From: Naegleria gruberi
Taxonomy: Eukaryota
Assembly (NCBI GenBank): GCA_000004985.1
Contig: GG738897.1
DNA length: 64,000 nucleotides
Direction: 5' to 3' (one strand)
The notes beneath the pieces are model-generated. The model ran no database searches and had not been told where the DNA came from. It saw nothing but the letters and a program-made list of their open reading frames with translations. Shown here piece after piece: positions 20,415-31,090 of this stretch (the stretch's first letter is position 1; every line of letters starts with the position of its first letter). A program made the position numbers and the translations under genes.

Positions 20415-21641
20415 TTATTTAACAATATTAAATTTTGAAATTTTCTTAGCTAGATATGTTGATAAAAAGTTTAATCCCTTCACTGTAATGATTATCTCAA
20501 TTTCGAATTTTCTTAATTTCATACTTTGCAATTCATCTCTGACATGATCTAGTTCTTTTCTTTTGATGGAATCCTTGATATGACGATCAATAAGATTAAT
20601 TTCTCTTTGAGATATTGGCTGATTGTAATAATGTGGAATGTCCTTAACATCTTCGTAATTCATTCCAAGCCATTGAAGTCTATCTTTGAGTGCTGACTCT
20701 TGTTGAACTTTGTGTCTACTCATTTCAACACTTCCATACTTGTATGTACTCATAATTTGATATCCAAAAATATTGAAATCACATAAAGCATATAATCTAG
20801 CATTTGGAAATCTAGTAGAAACATGTTTCACAACATAACGAGTCACAATCGATGGATATCCACATCCAGTAATCAACAAACAATTCCTAACAAGTTTGAA
20901 AATCTTATCTTCCACAAGTCTTCTAAATATTGCATCTTTCTCAATAATTAACACAGTGTCCACATTTCCAAAATAATCAATTGAGGGAAAATCTCCTGGA
21001 ATGCTTTCCACTGAGGCCTGTTTGTTTCCATTAAGCGATAACAAGCTATTTCCTCTTCCATCATTGCTGTAAATAAATCCCTTACTCATGCAAATGATAT
21101 TCAATAAGGATCTGTCAACCTTCAACACATCACCAACAGTTGACAAACATCTATTACATTGAATTTGATCCCTGAATGTAGTAACATTCATATAAAACAA
21201 TTCTCTCTGAGTAATCTTCTTCCTACAATTCAACAGTAAATGAACATCCTTCATCAACAGCCAAACAAGATGATTCTTCTTAAGATGATTATTTTTCAAA
21301 CTCTTCTTCTCAAATGTTCCACTTTTTGATTTAATTATTTGATGAAGCCTTTCTCCATTAGACTGATTCGAATCCCTTGTTCCGAATGAATAATTTAAAA
21401 TCAAATCTTGTCCATTCTTTTCATCATTCTCAATCAATTTAAATAGAAACTCCAAAACATATGATTCAATCAATGATATAATCTCCTCATTCGGTAGTAA
21501 ATAGTGAATCTCACACATCTTTTCAATATCAAACAAGTTTAATTCATCTTCCATATCATCTTCATTCTCCTCCAAAACAAGCCTTGTTGCATTTTCAGAC
21601 AAGCCTTGTTCCTCATCCTCAGCATCGTTCTCATGATTCAT
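20415..21641 (-). CDS. SPO11: Spo11 / topoisomerase VI subunit A homologue (meiotic double-strand-break transesterase), intronless
   Basis: Toprim block CLLITGCGYPSIVTRYVVKHVSTRFPNARLYALCDFNIFGYQIMSTYKYGS matches Spo11/TopVIA (KGYPD.ATR.FL..L......PIY.LVD.DP.G..I...YKYGS). Upstream 5Y-CAP-like block RELFYMNVTTFRDQIQCNRCLSTVGDVLKVDRSLLNIICMSKGFIY contains the catalytic Tyr region (R..YY.....F..Q......I.D...ML...R..LNI.A..KG). Confidence 0.85.
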   Translation of the reverse strand: MNHENDAEDEEQGLSENATRLVLEENEDDMEDELNLFDIEKMCEIHYLLPNEEIISLIESYVLEFLFKLIENDEKNGQDLILNYSFGTRDSNQSNGERLHQIIKSKSGTFEKKSLKNNHLKKNHLVWLLMKDVHLLLNCRKKITQRELFYMNVTTFRDQIQCNRCLSTVGDVLKVDRSLLNIICMSKGFIYSNDGRGNSLLSLNGNKQASVESIPGDFPSIDYFGNVDTVLIIEKDAIFRRLVEDKIFKLVRNCLLITGCGYPSIVTRYVVKHVSTRFPNARLYALCDFNIFGYQIMSTYKYGSVEMSRHKVQQESALKDRLQWLGMNYEDVKDIPHYYNQPISQREINLIDRHIKDSIKRKELDHVRDELQSMKLRKFEIEIIITVKGLNFLSTYLAKKISKFNIVK

Positions 21642-21810
21642 TGTAATACAATTTACTCTAAATCTCTTTCAATGTTGTTTTATTTTTTTTAAAGCCTAAA
21701 ATTAATCAATTAATAATGAATTTGAATGAATTAATCGATAAATTAATGAGTGGTGCATTGTTTTTGTACATTAAGAGTAATCTAACTTCTCCTATTGGCA
21801 GCTTTAATAT

Positions 21811-22479
21811 TTACATTAATTTTGTTGTTTGTAGACTACAATTTGAGTTAATAAGATGTTGGAATATATTAGTTTCATAATACTTACAATGAGGATTAAG
21901 TCTTAGTTTGTTTAAAAACTTTTGTAACCATGTATCTAGAATATTGGTTGGCAAAACGAGCATTTCTCTCATAGTACCTGATTCATTAACTTGATATGGC
22001 TTAGTAAAGCTTGACATGAAATTGAATAAATCATTGGCAATAGCCTTGACTAATTGTTGAACTTGAGATTGTTCCATTTGTTGTTTTCCGACAGCATTAC
22101 AAGTCAAATTATTAATTGTATCAATTGGTTCTAAGGAAATACCAACAAATAATTGATCAACATTATTATTATAATTAATTCCTTGGAAAGCAGATTGAAC
22201 ACTTGATGATGAATCAAAGGATAAAGGAACGTGAATATGTGTACTTGGTTTATCAATTGTCAAGAAATCCAAAAATTCCCAATTATTTGAATCTTTAGAA
22301 ATATAAATTGTAAATCCGTGGCTTAATGGAGGCATTCCAACATTTGGCAATGCAAAAATCGTCAACTCCGATATCGATTGTCCATTCACTTTATCAGGTA
22401 TTTGTATAAACCAACGATTTTCACCCACTTGATTAAAATTTGCATAACAAGGTCTTCCAGGACTAACCAATCCAAACAT
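21811..22479 (-). CDS. Hikeshi (nuclear import carrier for Hsp70; OPI10/C11orf73 family)
   Basis: MFGLVSPGRPC...FIQIPD...ISELTIFALPNVGMPPLSHGFTIYIS...WEFLDFLTIDKPS...VGISLEPID...LFNFMSSFT...MREMLVLPTNILDTWLQKFLNKLRLNPHCKY parallels Hikeshi end to end (MFGCLVAGRL...FDLPD...HVVVFMLG..PFP.G.GGSVYFS...W.LLGF.TN.KPS...LDNFYNFASSFA...[24 protein letters not shown]). Confidence 0.8.
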   Translation of the reverse strand: MFGLVSPGRPCYANFNQVGENRWFIQIPDKVNGQSISELTIFALPNVGMPPLSHGFTIYISKDSNNWEFLDFLTIDKPSTHIHVPLSFDSSSSVQSAFQGINYNNNVDQLFVGISLEPIDTINNLTCNAVGKQQMEQSQVQQLVKAIANDLFNFMSSFTKPYQVNESGTMREMLVLPTNILDTWLQKFLNKLRLNPHCKYYETNIFQHLINSNCSLQTTKLM

Positions 22480-22573
22480 TTTTTTGATTTTGTTTTCTAA
22501 AAATAAATTTTCATCAATTTTTTGATATTCTTTTTAGGACCTTCTTCGGAATTGGTTTTCGGAATCAGAAAAA
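22480..22573. promoter_or_regulatory. 94-nt divergent promoter spacer between Hikeshi (minus) and the Vma22-like gene (plus)
   Basis: Start codons at 22479 (minus) and 22574 (plus). The spacer is A/T-rich (ttttttgattttgttttctaaaaataaattttcatcaattttttgatattctttttagg). Confidence 0.45.
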
Positions 22574-23233
22574 ATGCCAAAAAAACAAAAATCTTCTCCA
22601 CCAGCAACACAAACTTCCGAAGTTATTGAAGAAAAGGAAGTAACATTAACTGCTGATGAGTCAAAAGTAACAAAGGAGGATAAAGAAAATTTGGAAATAA
22701 CAGAAGAATATACAATTAATTATTTATCACTTGTTGATCGATATATGAATATTTATAAAAATGATTTGATACCAAATATTAAAAGTGGATTTTTTGGTTT
22801 GTCTACAACCAGATTGAATATGGGTGCTGAATATTTAGGAATCGAGCATATTCCTAATGAAGATATATTAAAATCAAAAATTCATTTGGATTCACAATCA
22901 TTGGAAATTATAGATTTTGATAATGTTGCCAGCCATTTTGATAAATCATTAAAAGAAGAGGATGAAGAAGAAAATGGAAAATCCAAACTCAGGAATAGAA
23001 AATCGAAAAAAGAAACAGAGGAAACTGAGGAATCAAATGGCTCCAAATTGGAAGCTGACTATGAAGAAAATTTAAAAAAGAAGAATCCTATTTATTGGTA
23101 TGGAACCATTCAACTTTCAGAAGATTTAGTTCAAGCTCAATCATATTTTGTAAATGCTCTCAAATCTGCTCTAGAATTAGGGAAAATTGTAAAGGAGTTG
23201 AATGAATTGGAAGCAAAGAAAACTACCATGTAA
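22574..23233 (+). CDS. Possible V-ATPase assembly factor Vma22/CCDC115-like protein (acidic, coiled coil)
   Basis: C-terminal NPIYWYGTIQLSEDLVQAQSYFVNALKSALELGKIVKELNELEAK resembles the CCDC115/Vma22 signature (P..WFG.LVP.SLRQAQ..F...L..A.......R). The rest is acidic low-complexity. Only 94 nt separate its ATG from the Hikeshi ATG on the opposite strand. Confidence 0.4.
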   Translation: MPKKQKSSPPATQTSEVIEEKEVTLTADESKVTKEDKENLEITEEYTINYLSLVDRYMNIYKNDLIPNIKSGFFGLSTTRLNMGAEYLGIEHIPNEDILKSKIHLDSQSLEIIDFDNVASHFDKSLKEEDEEENGKSKLRNRKSKKETEETEESNGSKLEADYEENLKKKNPIYWYGTIQLSEDLVQAQSYFVNALKSALELGKIVKELNELEAKKTTM

Positions 23234-23303
23234 ATTCTCATTCCCATCAATTAACTAAAGCCATACTTCCATCATTACTGCCACCAAGTAGATGTTGTGT
23301 TCA

Positions 23304-23783
23304 TTAAGGGCACAATTTCACAAGAGTCTCATTTCCATATTTATCTTTCATAACCTCATAAAATTCATTTGCAATATCACCATCATCATCCATATAATAA
23401 GGTTGAGCTCCAATTTTATATTCTTTAATATCTTGCAGTGTGAGAATATTTCCTCTTTCATTCATTAATTTTTCTATATTTTCCACTATTTTGAAAGATG
23501 GATCTATTTGTTTCCTATTGCTACGTTTCAATCCAATATATTTTGATTGTGATGATAGATGAGAAATTGATAAATCACTTTCCATTGCTTTTGAGGGAAA
23601 TAAATGTCGGATCAAGGAAGAAAGTCTAGTCACATGTTTAGAAGTCATGTAATGACCACTACATGAATTTTCCGATATTAATAATCCATCACCTCGATGA
23701 CCTATTGTATCTGTTAAATTCCATTCATTCAATTTGATTTCATTTAGTCTTGCCCTGCTGGATATGAAACTCTCCTCTATCAT
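23304..23783 (-). CDS. Hypothetical protein (159 aa)
   Basis: Clean ORF with ATG, ordinary composition, no recognisable motif. Confidence 0.3.
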   Translation of the reverse strand: MIEESFISSRARLNEIKLNEWNLTDTIGHRGDGLLISENSCSGHYMTSKHVTRLSSLIRHLFPSKAMESDLSISHLSSQSKYIGLKRSNRKQIDPSFKIVENIEKLMNERGNILTLQDIKEYKIGAQPYYMDDDGDIANEFYEVMKDKYGNETLVKLCP

Positions 23784-23870
23784 GTTGTTTAATATTTTTT
23801 TATTCTTATTTAATTATTGGAATTAATAGATATTAAAACAATAATTAATAAATCATTGTAAAAGGAAAAT

Positions 23871-24299
23871 TTATTCAGTAGGATTGAAAATGGTTCTATA
23901 AATCTTTCCATCTTGTTCATTACGTTCAGCTTGAACAACCATTGAACACTTGAATAATTCCTCATCCTTTTGATCAACTAAAGCTACAACAATAACAGCT
24001 ACATTATTCAACAACATTGGCGATACTCCATCCAAATTAATTCTATCAATTTGATATTTAAATGTTGTTTCTTCCGAAGGTGAATAATTCATCACTTCAC
24101 TCTGTCCCAAAACTACCGACTGTTTAGTATTAGCCATATCCACCACATAGGTTATCTTCCAGTGTACATTTTCCAAATTTTCCAATACATTCAGAGAGAA
24201 ATCCACAACAAAACCATCTTCCAACAAGCCAGCCTTGTTTTCCAAGGTCACTCTCTTCAGGAGAACATTTTTGTTTTGCATTTTTGTTGTTGGCTGCAA
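23871..24299 (-). CDS. Hypothetical 142-aa protein; distant pattern resemblance to the ASF1 histone-chaperone core (..LE.L...HWKITYV.......VVLG...V....F....D.......V.V.V.L.....E.F.....VV)
   Basis: Spacing of hydrophobic beta-strand positions parallels ASF1 (LEWKLTYVGS...ILVGPVPVG..FVF.AD......VTV.LL.C.Y.G.EF.RVGYYV). Identity is far below the usual ASF1 conservation, so this is a fold-level guess only. Confidence 0.3.
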   Translation of the reverse strand: MQPTTKMQNKNVLLKRVTLENKAGLLEDGFVVDFSLNVLENLENVHWKITYVVDMANTKQSVVLGQSEVMNYSPSEETTFKYQIDRINLDGVSPMLLNNVAVIVVALVDQKDEELFKCSMVVQAERNEQDGKIYRTIFNPTE

Positions 24300-24383
24300 T
24301 TTTTAGATTTCTAGCCGTTACATTTAATTTCATCATCAAATAAAACAAGTAAAAAATTACCTTGATTTTTGTACATACAAAAG

Positions 24384-25443
24384 ATGACCAAAGTTGTTCG
24401 AACAACTCCTATTGATAGATCCAAGAGAACAGCTGTTAAAGGAGATGTTGTATCAGAAGTGAATATTATTCACGGAAAGAGAAAACGTCGATTGAGTAAT
24501 AACTCGTTTACTGATGATTATATTGTTTCAAGTCCTAAAACACCAAAGAAGAATAAGAAAAAGACTAAAAAGACACAGCAGAAAAAGAAGGAATTATCGG
24601 AATCCTCAGAGGATGATGATGAACAAGCTGAAGAATCAGAATCAGGAGATGAAATTATTATTCCTCTCTCTGGTAATAGAAATAAGTATAAAATTGTGGA
24701 TGAAGATGATGAGGAAGAGGAAATGGAATTAAAACAAGAACCTGAGGAAGAAATGTATTCATTATTTAGTCAGGAATTGAAAAGAACTGAAAGAAAGAAG
24801 AAACAATCTTCTTCATCTGCTCCTAAAGAATTATCAACCAAAGTTAAGACTGAAGAACCAGCTATTGCTGTTTGTGATTGTAGTGAATTTGGACCTATTC
24901 CTGTGGATCCATATAAATTCTTTTCGAAAAAGATTGTAGATAATGTAAAACGTTTGGGTGGTGAATTTCCAGAATTTTACGATTCCAGAATTCCAATTGT
25001 TTATAATGATGTCAAGTTTTTCTCACCTGATTCTTTGAGATTATTTACCCTAATTAAGTGGGGAGGAAAGCAATGTACGTTTTATTCTATTATTTAGATT
25101 TATTATAACTTTAATTCAAGTCAAGAGTTCACTAGTTTCTGAAATTATTGGGCTGAAAATTGAATTGTTTGTTATTGAGGAAATTAAGAACTTTGAATTT
25201 ATTCTATCTTATGTTGATCGTATTGTATTAATTGGTGATGCTGCTGATTGTGTTTTGGGTGTAGATGCTTGCTACCCAATCTGTGTTAATGAGGAACTTG
25301 GAGATTTTTGGATCTATATCATAATAGATGATAAACGAAAAGAAGCACCTCATAAACTGCGTTTATCAACTCTACTGGAAAGTCTTACAATAGATGAAAC
25401 TGATTATGATGTGCTAGTTGATGTTGAATTCACTCAAAAATAA
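24384..25443 (+). CDS. Hypothetical acidic protein, 2 exons: 24384..25074 and 25121..25443 (intron 25075..25120, GTACGT..TTCAAG)
   Basis: ORFs 24369..25097 and 25165..25443 join in frame via a 46-nt GT-AG intron (...LIKWGGKQ|F|KSSLVSEIIGLKIELFVIEEIKNFEF...). First ATG at 24384 (MTKVVRT). Stop is 1 nt from the PRP3 stop on the other strand. Confidence 0.4.
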
Positions 25444-25444
25444 A

Positions 25445-26968
25445 TTAAACTGTATTACTATTCTTATCATTGGCAAAAACATCGAAATAATGGATACATC
25501 CATGGTCATTCAGATAATTTTTGATGGATTCCTCATCCTCAAACTTTTGGAATTTAAAGTATTGGAAATTTCTTTTTAAAACAGTTCCTTTCCATAACAT
25601 TCTGGCACTAGGTTGGTTGTCTGATTGTGTTGGAATGGTATTTTCTGATTGTACACCTTCAACTTTTGACCAGTCAATCTTATTTAATATTACATCGTCG
25701 TATTTCTTTAAAAACTTTTTACCTCCTTCAGCAATAAGTAAAATTCTATCTTTGTCTCTTGTTTGGGATGGATATGATAGGACAGCTCCTGTTATACCCT
25801 TTTCTTTGGCAGTATTAATCTTGAATCTGGTTTGAGGATGAGCAATATTTGGTATAGAATAGAGAATTGTAATGAGTTCTGATTCGGCATCTTCAGTAAT
25901 CTTTCTAATTTTCTTTTCTTTCCGTTGCTCCTTGGTTAACTTTTCATTGTTATTTCTTTCTTCGTGAGCTTGCATTCTTTCCTCAATTTCCTTCTTAATT
26001 TTCATTTCCAATTCAGTTGCATCCTGACCAGAAGCCAATAGAGCTTTCATGTAATTTCCCATATTGGCCTTTGGTGGTGGAGGAGGTGTCAATCCAAGAG
26101 CAATCTTTCTTTGATTTTCCTTTTCACGTTGAATTCTTTGTTGTGTTCTCATCTTCTTTTGTTCTTTCTTTGTTAACATGAGAGGTAATGGACCAGCATC
26201 AACCTTCTTCTTGAGTGGATCAACAATGATTGGGTGTTCCACAAAATCATGTTTCACTAATTTCTCCTTGATAGAATACACTTCATTTTCTGCATCAAAA
26301 TCTCTCTGATAAATATCTACATGGTTATTAACATTTTCATCTGCTTTTTTACAACTCTTAAGAATCTTTTTATCCCACCAGAAAGCATCTGGAATAGTTG
26401 ATTCAAAATCCTCAATTCTTCTACAACCTAGCATCATGTGTAATTCTCCAATTTCTAATTCTTCTTGAATTAATCGAAGTCTTTCCTTTTCTTTTTCAAT
26501 TTTTTCTTGTTCCTTTCGTTCTTTTTCCAATTGTTCTTTCAAAAGTGCTCTTTGTCTTTCTTCCTCTTCCAATTCTCTCATCATTTTGGCTTTCTCAATA
26601 AATTCGCCTTGTTCATGGAAAGCTAATCCTCTATTTCTTTTCTTTCTTTCAGCCTTTGGAACACTTAAAGTAGAATCATAAAAATCTAATTTCTTAATAT
26701 TTGGTGGCTTTTCAATTTTCAAAATATTTTCCTTCTTTTGTTTTCTATTTTGATTAATCTTTGCACTGCTGACAGTCCTTTTAGATTGTATAATTTTACC
26801 ATTAGCATCCACCAAATTACCAAACTCATCCATAATTAATGATCCATAATCTACTTCCTCTTCCTTTTGTTCAGCACCATCCCGACCATCATTTTCCTGT
26901 TGTTGCTGATGTTCTGCTCGTTGTTGTTGCGTCGAAGATGATGATGATTGCTTTCTATTTAAAAACAT
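25445..26968 (-). CDS. PRP3: U4/U6 snRNP protein Prp3 (PRPF3) homologue
   Basis: Central PRP3 domain (MLTKKEQKKMRTQQRIQREKENQRKIALGL.PPPPPKANMGNYMKALLASGQDATELE...NEKLTKEQRKEKKIRKITED) plus C-terminal DUF1115-like block (RILLIAEGGKKFLKKYDDVILNKIDW...MLWKGTVLKRNFQYFKFQKFEDEESIKNYLNDHGCIHYFD). Confidence 0.8.
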   Translation of the reverse strand: MFLNRKQSSSSSTQQQRAEHQQQQENDGRDGAEQKEEEVDYGSLIMDEFGNLVDANGKIIQSKRTVSSAKINQNRKQKKENILKIEKPPNIKKLDFYDSTLSVPKAERKKRNRGLAFHEQGEFIEKAKMMRELEEEERQRALLKEQLEKERKEQEKIEKEKERLRLIQEELEIGELHMMLGCRRIEDFESTIPDAFWWDKKILKSCKKADENVNNHVDIYQRDFDAENEVYSIKEKLVKHDFVEHPIIVDPLKKKVDAGPLPLMLTKKEQKKMRTQQRIQREKENQRKIALGLTPPPPPKANMGNYMKALLASGQDATELEMKIKKEIEERMQAHEERNNNEKLTKEQRKEKKIRKITEDAESELITILYSIPNIAHPQTRFKINTAKEKGITGAVLSYPSQTRDKDRILLIAEGGKKFLKKYDDVILNKIDWSKVEGVQSENTIPTQSDNQPSARMLWKGTVLKRNFQYFKFQKFEDEESIKNYLNDHGCIHYFDVFANDKNSNTV

Positions 26969-27427
26969 TTTTTTTGAAGGTGAATCAAAAAATTAAAGCC
27001 TAAATTTTTCATCATTTCAAAATCAAACAACAATTAACAAAAAAGCCTTCTGAAATAATTTTCCAATTTAAAATATTCAAAGAATTGTAGTTCATTTTCT
27101 TTTGAATACCAAATAGGTTCACCATCCAATCAGTAACCATTAGAAAAACAAGGTAACTTTTTCAAATAGAATCTATTTGATTTTTATATTGATGCGAAAG
27201 CCTTTCCTCAACGGTTCTATTTTTTAAAATGTAGTTGATGGCTAATGACCAAAGAGGGGAGATGGGTTTTATTTAGATTTTTAAAAAAAAATTTCAAACT
27301 TTAGCTGTTACTCAAGAGGAAGTTTTCTCAGAGTTCTTTGATTATTGTTATTGGTTTAATTTGAATAATATAATTATTATTACTATTGATTAGGAATATC
27401 TAGTTGGATAAATTGATCGGATAAAAC

Positions 27428-28200
27428 ATGCCTATTAAATATTTTCTCGTAACTGATGGTGCTGATGTTATTGCTGAACATCCATCACAACAAAAATTGA
27501 GAAGTGTTCTTTTGGATAAAGTTATTCCAAAGTTGGAGAGAACTAATCACAAGAGAGTATTAACAAACGACGAGTAGGTTTAATTATATTTATACAATAT
27601 TGATTATATTGTATCAACAAAACAGTAATAATATTTATGTCAAGTACAGTGGTAGATATTATTATTTTTGTATTGCTACTCAAGAAATCAAACAAAGAGT
27701 TTCTTGGAGTTTGATTGATGAAGTTGAAAATGAAACATTGAAGAATAATCTCGATAAAAATCTTTTGAAGGAAAAGGTTAAATTCTATAACAATCCAGAT
27801 AATGACAAGATTCAAAGATTGCAAAACGAAATTGACAAGGGTAAGTGACAATATTTATTCTACTTTGTATTAATGAATTCAGTCCGAGATGTCATGGTTG
27901 AAAACGTTGACAAGATTTTGGCCAACCAAGTTGTTATGGATGGTTTGATTGAAACAACAGAAGAATTAGCTCAACAAGGTGAAGAGTAAGTTGAAATTCA
28001 ATGATTTTAGTTGACTAATTTAAAATAGATTCCAAAGAGGTGGTAAAAAGTTGAAATGGAGCATGAGAAAGCGTTTGATTATTATTATTCTTATTGCCAT
28101 TATCATTTTCGCTATTATTATTGCCATTATTGTTATTGTTCTTATTTCTGTCTTTGCTGGCAAAGGTAGTAGCAACAACAACTCAACTAAATCTGTTTAA
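27428..28200 (+). CDS. Longin-type R-SNARE (Sec22/VAMP7-like synaptobrevin), 4 exons: 27428..27573, 27626..27840, 27883..27985, 28029..28200
   Basis: Spliced product: longin-like N-domain (MPIKYFLVTDGADVIAEHP...YVKYSGRYYYFCIATQEIK), SNARE heptads with the zero-layer Arg (RLQNEIDKVRDVMVENVDKILANQVVMDGLIETTEELAQQGEEFQRGGKKLKW), then an Ile-rich TM anchor (LIIIILIAIIIFAIIIAIIVIVLISVF). Introns 27574..27625 (GTAGGT..AACAG), 27841..27882 (GTAAGT..TTCAG), 27986..28028 (GTAAGT..AATAG). Confidence 0.75.
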
Positions 28201-28244
28201 TTAAATTATTTATTATTATTTATTTGTATCACTAGTCTATCAAT

Positions 28245-30675
28245 TTATTTGAGTAATTTAGATATGGCATCCCATCTTTCAAGTAATCCACCAACAAGCT
28301 CACTAATATCACAAATATCACTAAACTCTGAAAATACAGATTCTGTACCAACAATTTGACTAATTTGTTTAACTTTTTTGTCGGCAATATCTCTTATTGC
28401 TAAGAGCTCTGCATAAGCATTTGCAAACTTGGTGTGTTTCTTGTCATGCAAATTCATACCACCCTCAATTTGAAGATAATAAGTGGCAAGTTGGTCTATT
28501 AATTGCAACATAAAGTTAAGCAGAGGAGTTAAATTAAGTAACAATTCCTTGTGCTCATAATTTTTCAAGATGGCTGCTTCTTTCTCCTTATTGAGATTTG
28601 TAATGGATTTTTGAAGCTCCTCCAATTGATTTTTCACACTAGATAGATTATCCGTTAAGGTTGATTTTTCAAGCTTAAGCGAGTCTATGGTCTTTTGATT
28701 TTCATCTAAGGATTCTTTTTGTGTATCGTTGGTCTTTTTTAATAGGTCCATATCTGCAAGTAACTGCTTGTGTTTAGATTCATAATTTTTCACCTCAGTT
28801 TCAAGAGAGCTAATTTGTACAAGTTGACCCTTTGATTTTGATTCACTGGCTTCCAATTTCTTCTTTAGGTCTGCAGACTCTTTCATGGCATCCTCGGATA
28901 TGTGCATATTCTTTTGATAAATTTCCAATTCCAGTTCTTTTTCAGTCAAACTCGTCATTAAATTACTTGTTTTCATTTGCTCTTCAGCAATTAGTTTCGA
29001 GTGAGATTCGGAAGATTTCTTGTGTTCTTCCAATAACCTCTTCAATTCTTCATTTTCTTTCAAAATGGCTTCGAGCTTTGTACATGTTTCATCCTTGGTA
29101 AGTATTACTGATTGCAAATTTGACTGTAAAGTTTCGATTTGCTTTTCGTATGCTTCATTTTGTTGTGTGATTTCAGAAAGTTTCATATTCAATTCTGAAT
29201 TTTTTTGAGAGAGCTCTGTCAACTCTTTACTATTCTTTGTGGATCCCAGAAAAGAGAATGTCTTTACAAATGAAAAGTCAGAACTATTTTCTAAAGAGTC
29301 ATCAATATCTGAGTATTTGATTTTGAACTTGAAGAGACTTTGAGAGTGTTTTTTAACTAACTCATTTACAGTTTCATCACTCAGAGATAGGTCTGGAGTG
29401 ATAAAAGAGCTCTTATTTACATAACTAACTGTCTGCTCAACACATGGTATTATTGTAGAAATATTGACAAGTGAATAATTACTATCTTCTGTGATCAGGT
29501 CGATAAAGTAGTTTCTTCTTTCATTTTCTTCTTTTATGAATGAGTTAATTTCGTCTATAGTAGCACTCAGAATATTTCTAAACTTATTTCTCTGGTGCAA
29601 TTCTAAAATTGTAAGCTCGTATGTTCTATCAAGAGTTGACAATGCCTTTTGAAGTTATTACATCAATATTTGATGGAAAGACTTACTTTAATACGTGGAT
29701 AAAACCTGTCAATCATAAGTTTCAAATTACTGAAAGAAACTGAAAATTTGATCGTGTAACTGCAAATTCTATAGAACTCATCTGTTACATTCTTTCTTCT
29801 TGTAATGATATCAGAAGAACTATTTTGTAAATCTATTGAGGAGAACTTTTGTGACAACATTAACTTCAATTCATTATATTTTGGAAATATCTTTTCATTG
29901 AATAGACTGAGATTCTTCTCTGGTTCCTTAAAATAATCAATTAACGATTTTCCTCCAAACTTTTTATCCACAATAACATCCGAAACGTGATCGAAATTCA
30001 TATTTTTACATTCTTCCAATTTACCATGTAATTCCTCCAATTTGGTGGCATACTTTTGTTGAATAATTTCAATATATTTAAGAAATACTTCCAATGATTC
30101 AAATTGAATTTTACACGATTCCACTAATGAGTCTTCTCTCGATTGATCTTGTTTATAATTTAAAAGTAATTGATCCTCAATTATTTCAGGAATGATTATA
30201 TAAAACCTATTACTTCTTTTAAACTGTTAATGGTTTCAACCGATTAGAATTGTGTCATCATCAACCTACCTGTTGCAAACAAGAACTCAATCTATGAGGA
30301 GCATATCCATCACTATTAATAATTAATGGAGTTGTTTGTAATTTCAAACGATCAGCAATAAACGATCCAAAATCACTCCAACTATTTAAATTGTAATTGG
30401 AGAGTGTTTTCATATGAAACAAACCTTGTCAGAGTAGGTGGTACATTATTATTCAAATCAAGTAGCCTTTCTCCTGTATTTGCTACAATCAATTCAACTT
30501 GAGCAATGAGAGTTCCGTTTTCTTGTTGTTGATCAGCAAGAATAGAAGAAGAGGTGGTGGCTGCATTGGTATTATTACTCTCATCTAACAATGGAGAAGA
30601 AGGTGAATCAATCACATCAAGACATTTAAATTGACAAAGTTTCGGAGGTGTTGTTGTTATTTGATGATGCTTCAT
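28245..30675 (-). CDS. Coiled-coil protein, multi-exon: 28245..29645, 29687..30223, 30270..30381, 30426..30675 (alternative model starts at ATG 30413 and lacks the first intron)
   Basis: ORFs 28245..29642, 29663..30124 and 30382..30675 join in frame across short GT-AG introns. Intron 29646..29686 (GTAAGT..AAAAG) joins ...DRFYPRIK|ALSTLDRTYE. Intron 30224..30269 (GTAGGT..TAACAG) joins ...RLSSCLQQ|FKRSNRFYIII. Optional intron 30382..30424 (GTTTGT..AAATAG). Long heptad-rich region at 28400-29300 (LEELQKSITNLNKEKE, LKRLLEEHKKSSESHSKLIAEEQ). Confidence 0.55.
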
Positions 30676-31090
30676 AATAATAAAATTCTTTTTGCTTTTA
30701 TGATAAAAAGGCTTTTTTTCTTCTAATTAATTTCAAAAATAGATTTTTGCACCAAGAATTCATGTGATACATGAGGAATCGGAAGGCAAGAAGTGTTGCA
30801 TTGATTCAAGAGTTGGTAATGTAGAACATCTTTAAACTGAACATTAAGAAGGATAATGAATTGGACTGGTTTTGATTTTAAGTTTGCCTTCTTTATTGCT
30901 TAGTAGTGATAATTTCGAATATAAGAGATGGAATCAGGTAAAGTTTCAATTACATGTTCACATTCCGTAACGGTGCCCTATTGTTCAACAATTTGATATC
31001 AGCTTCCAATCAATTCATTGTTGGTTTAATTATTAATAAATTGATTTGGTGATGAACTAAATCATCAAGGAATTATTAATAATTAAAAAA

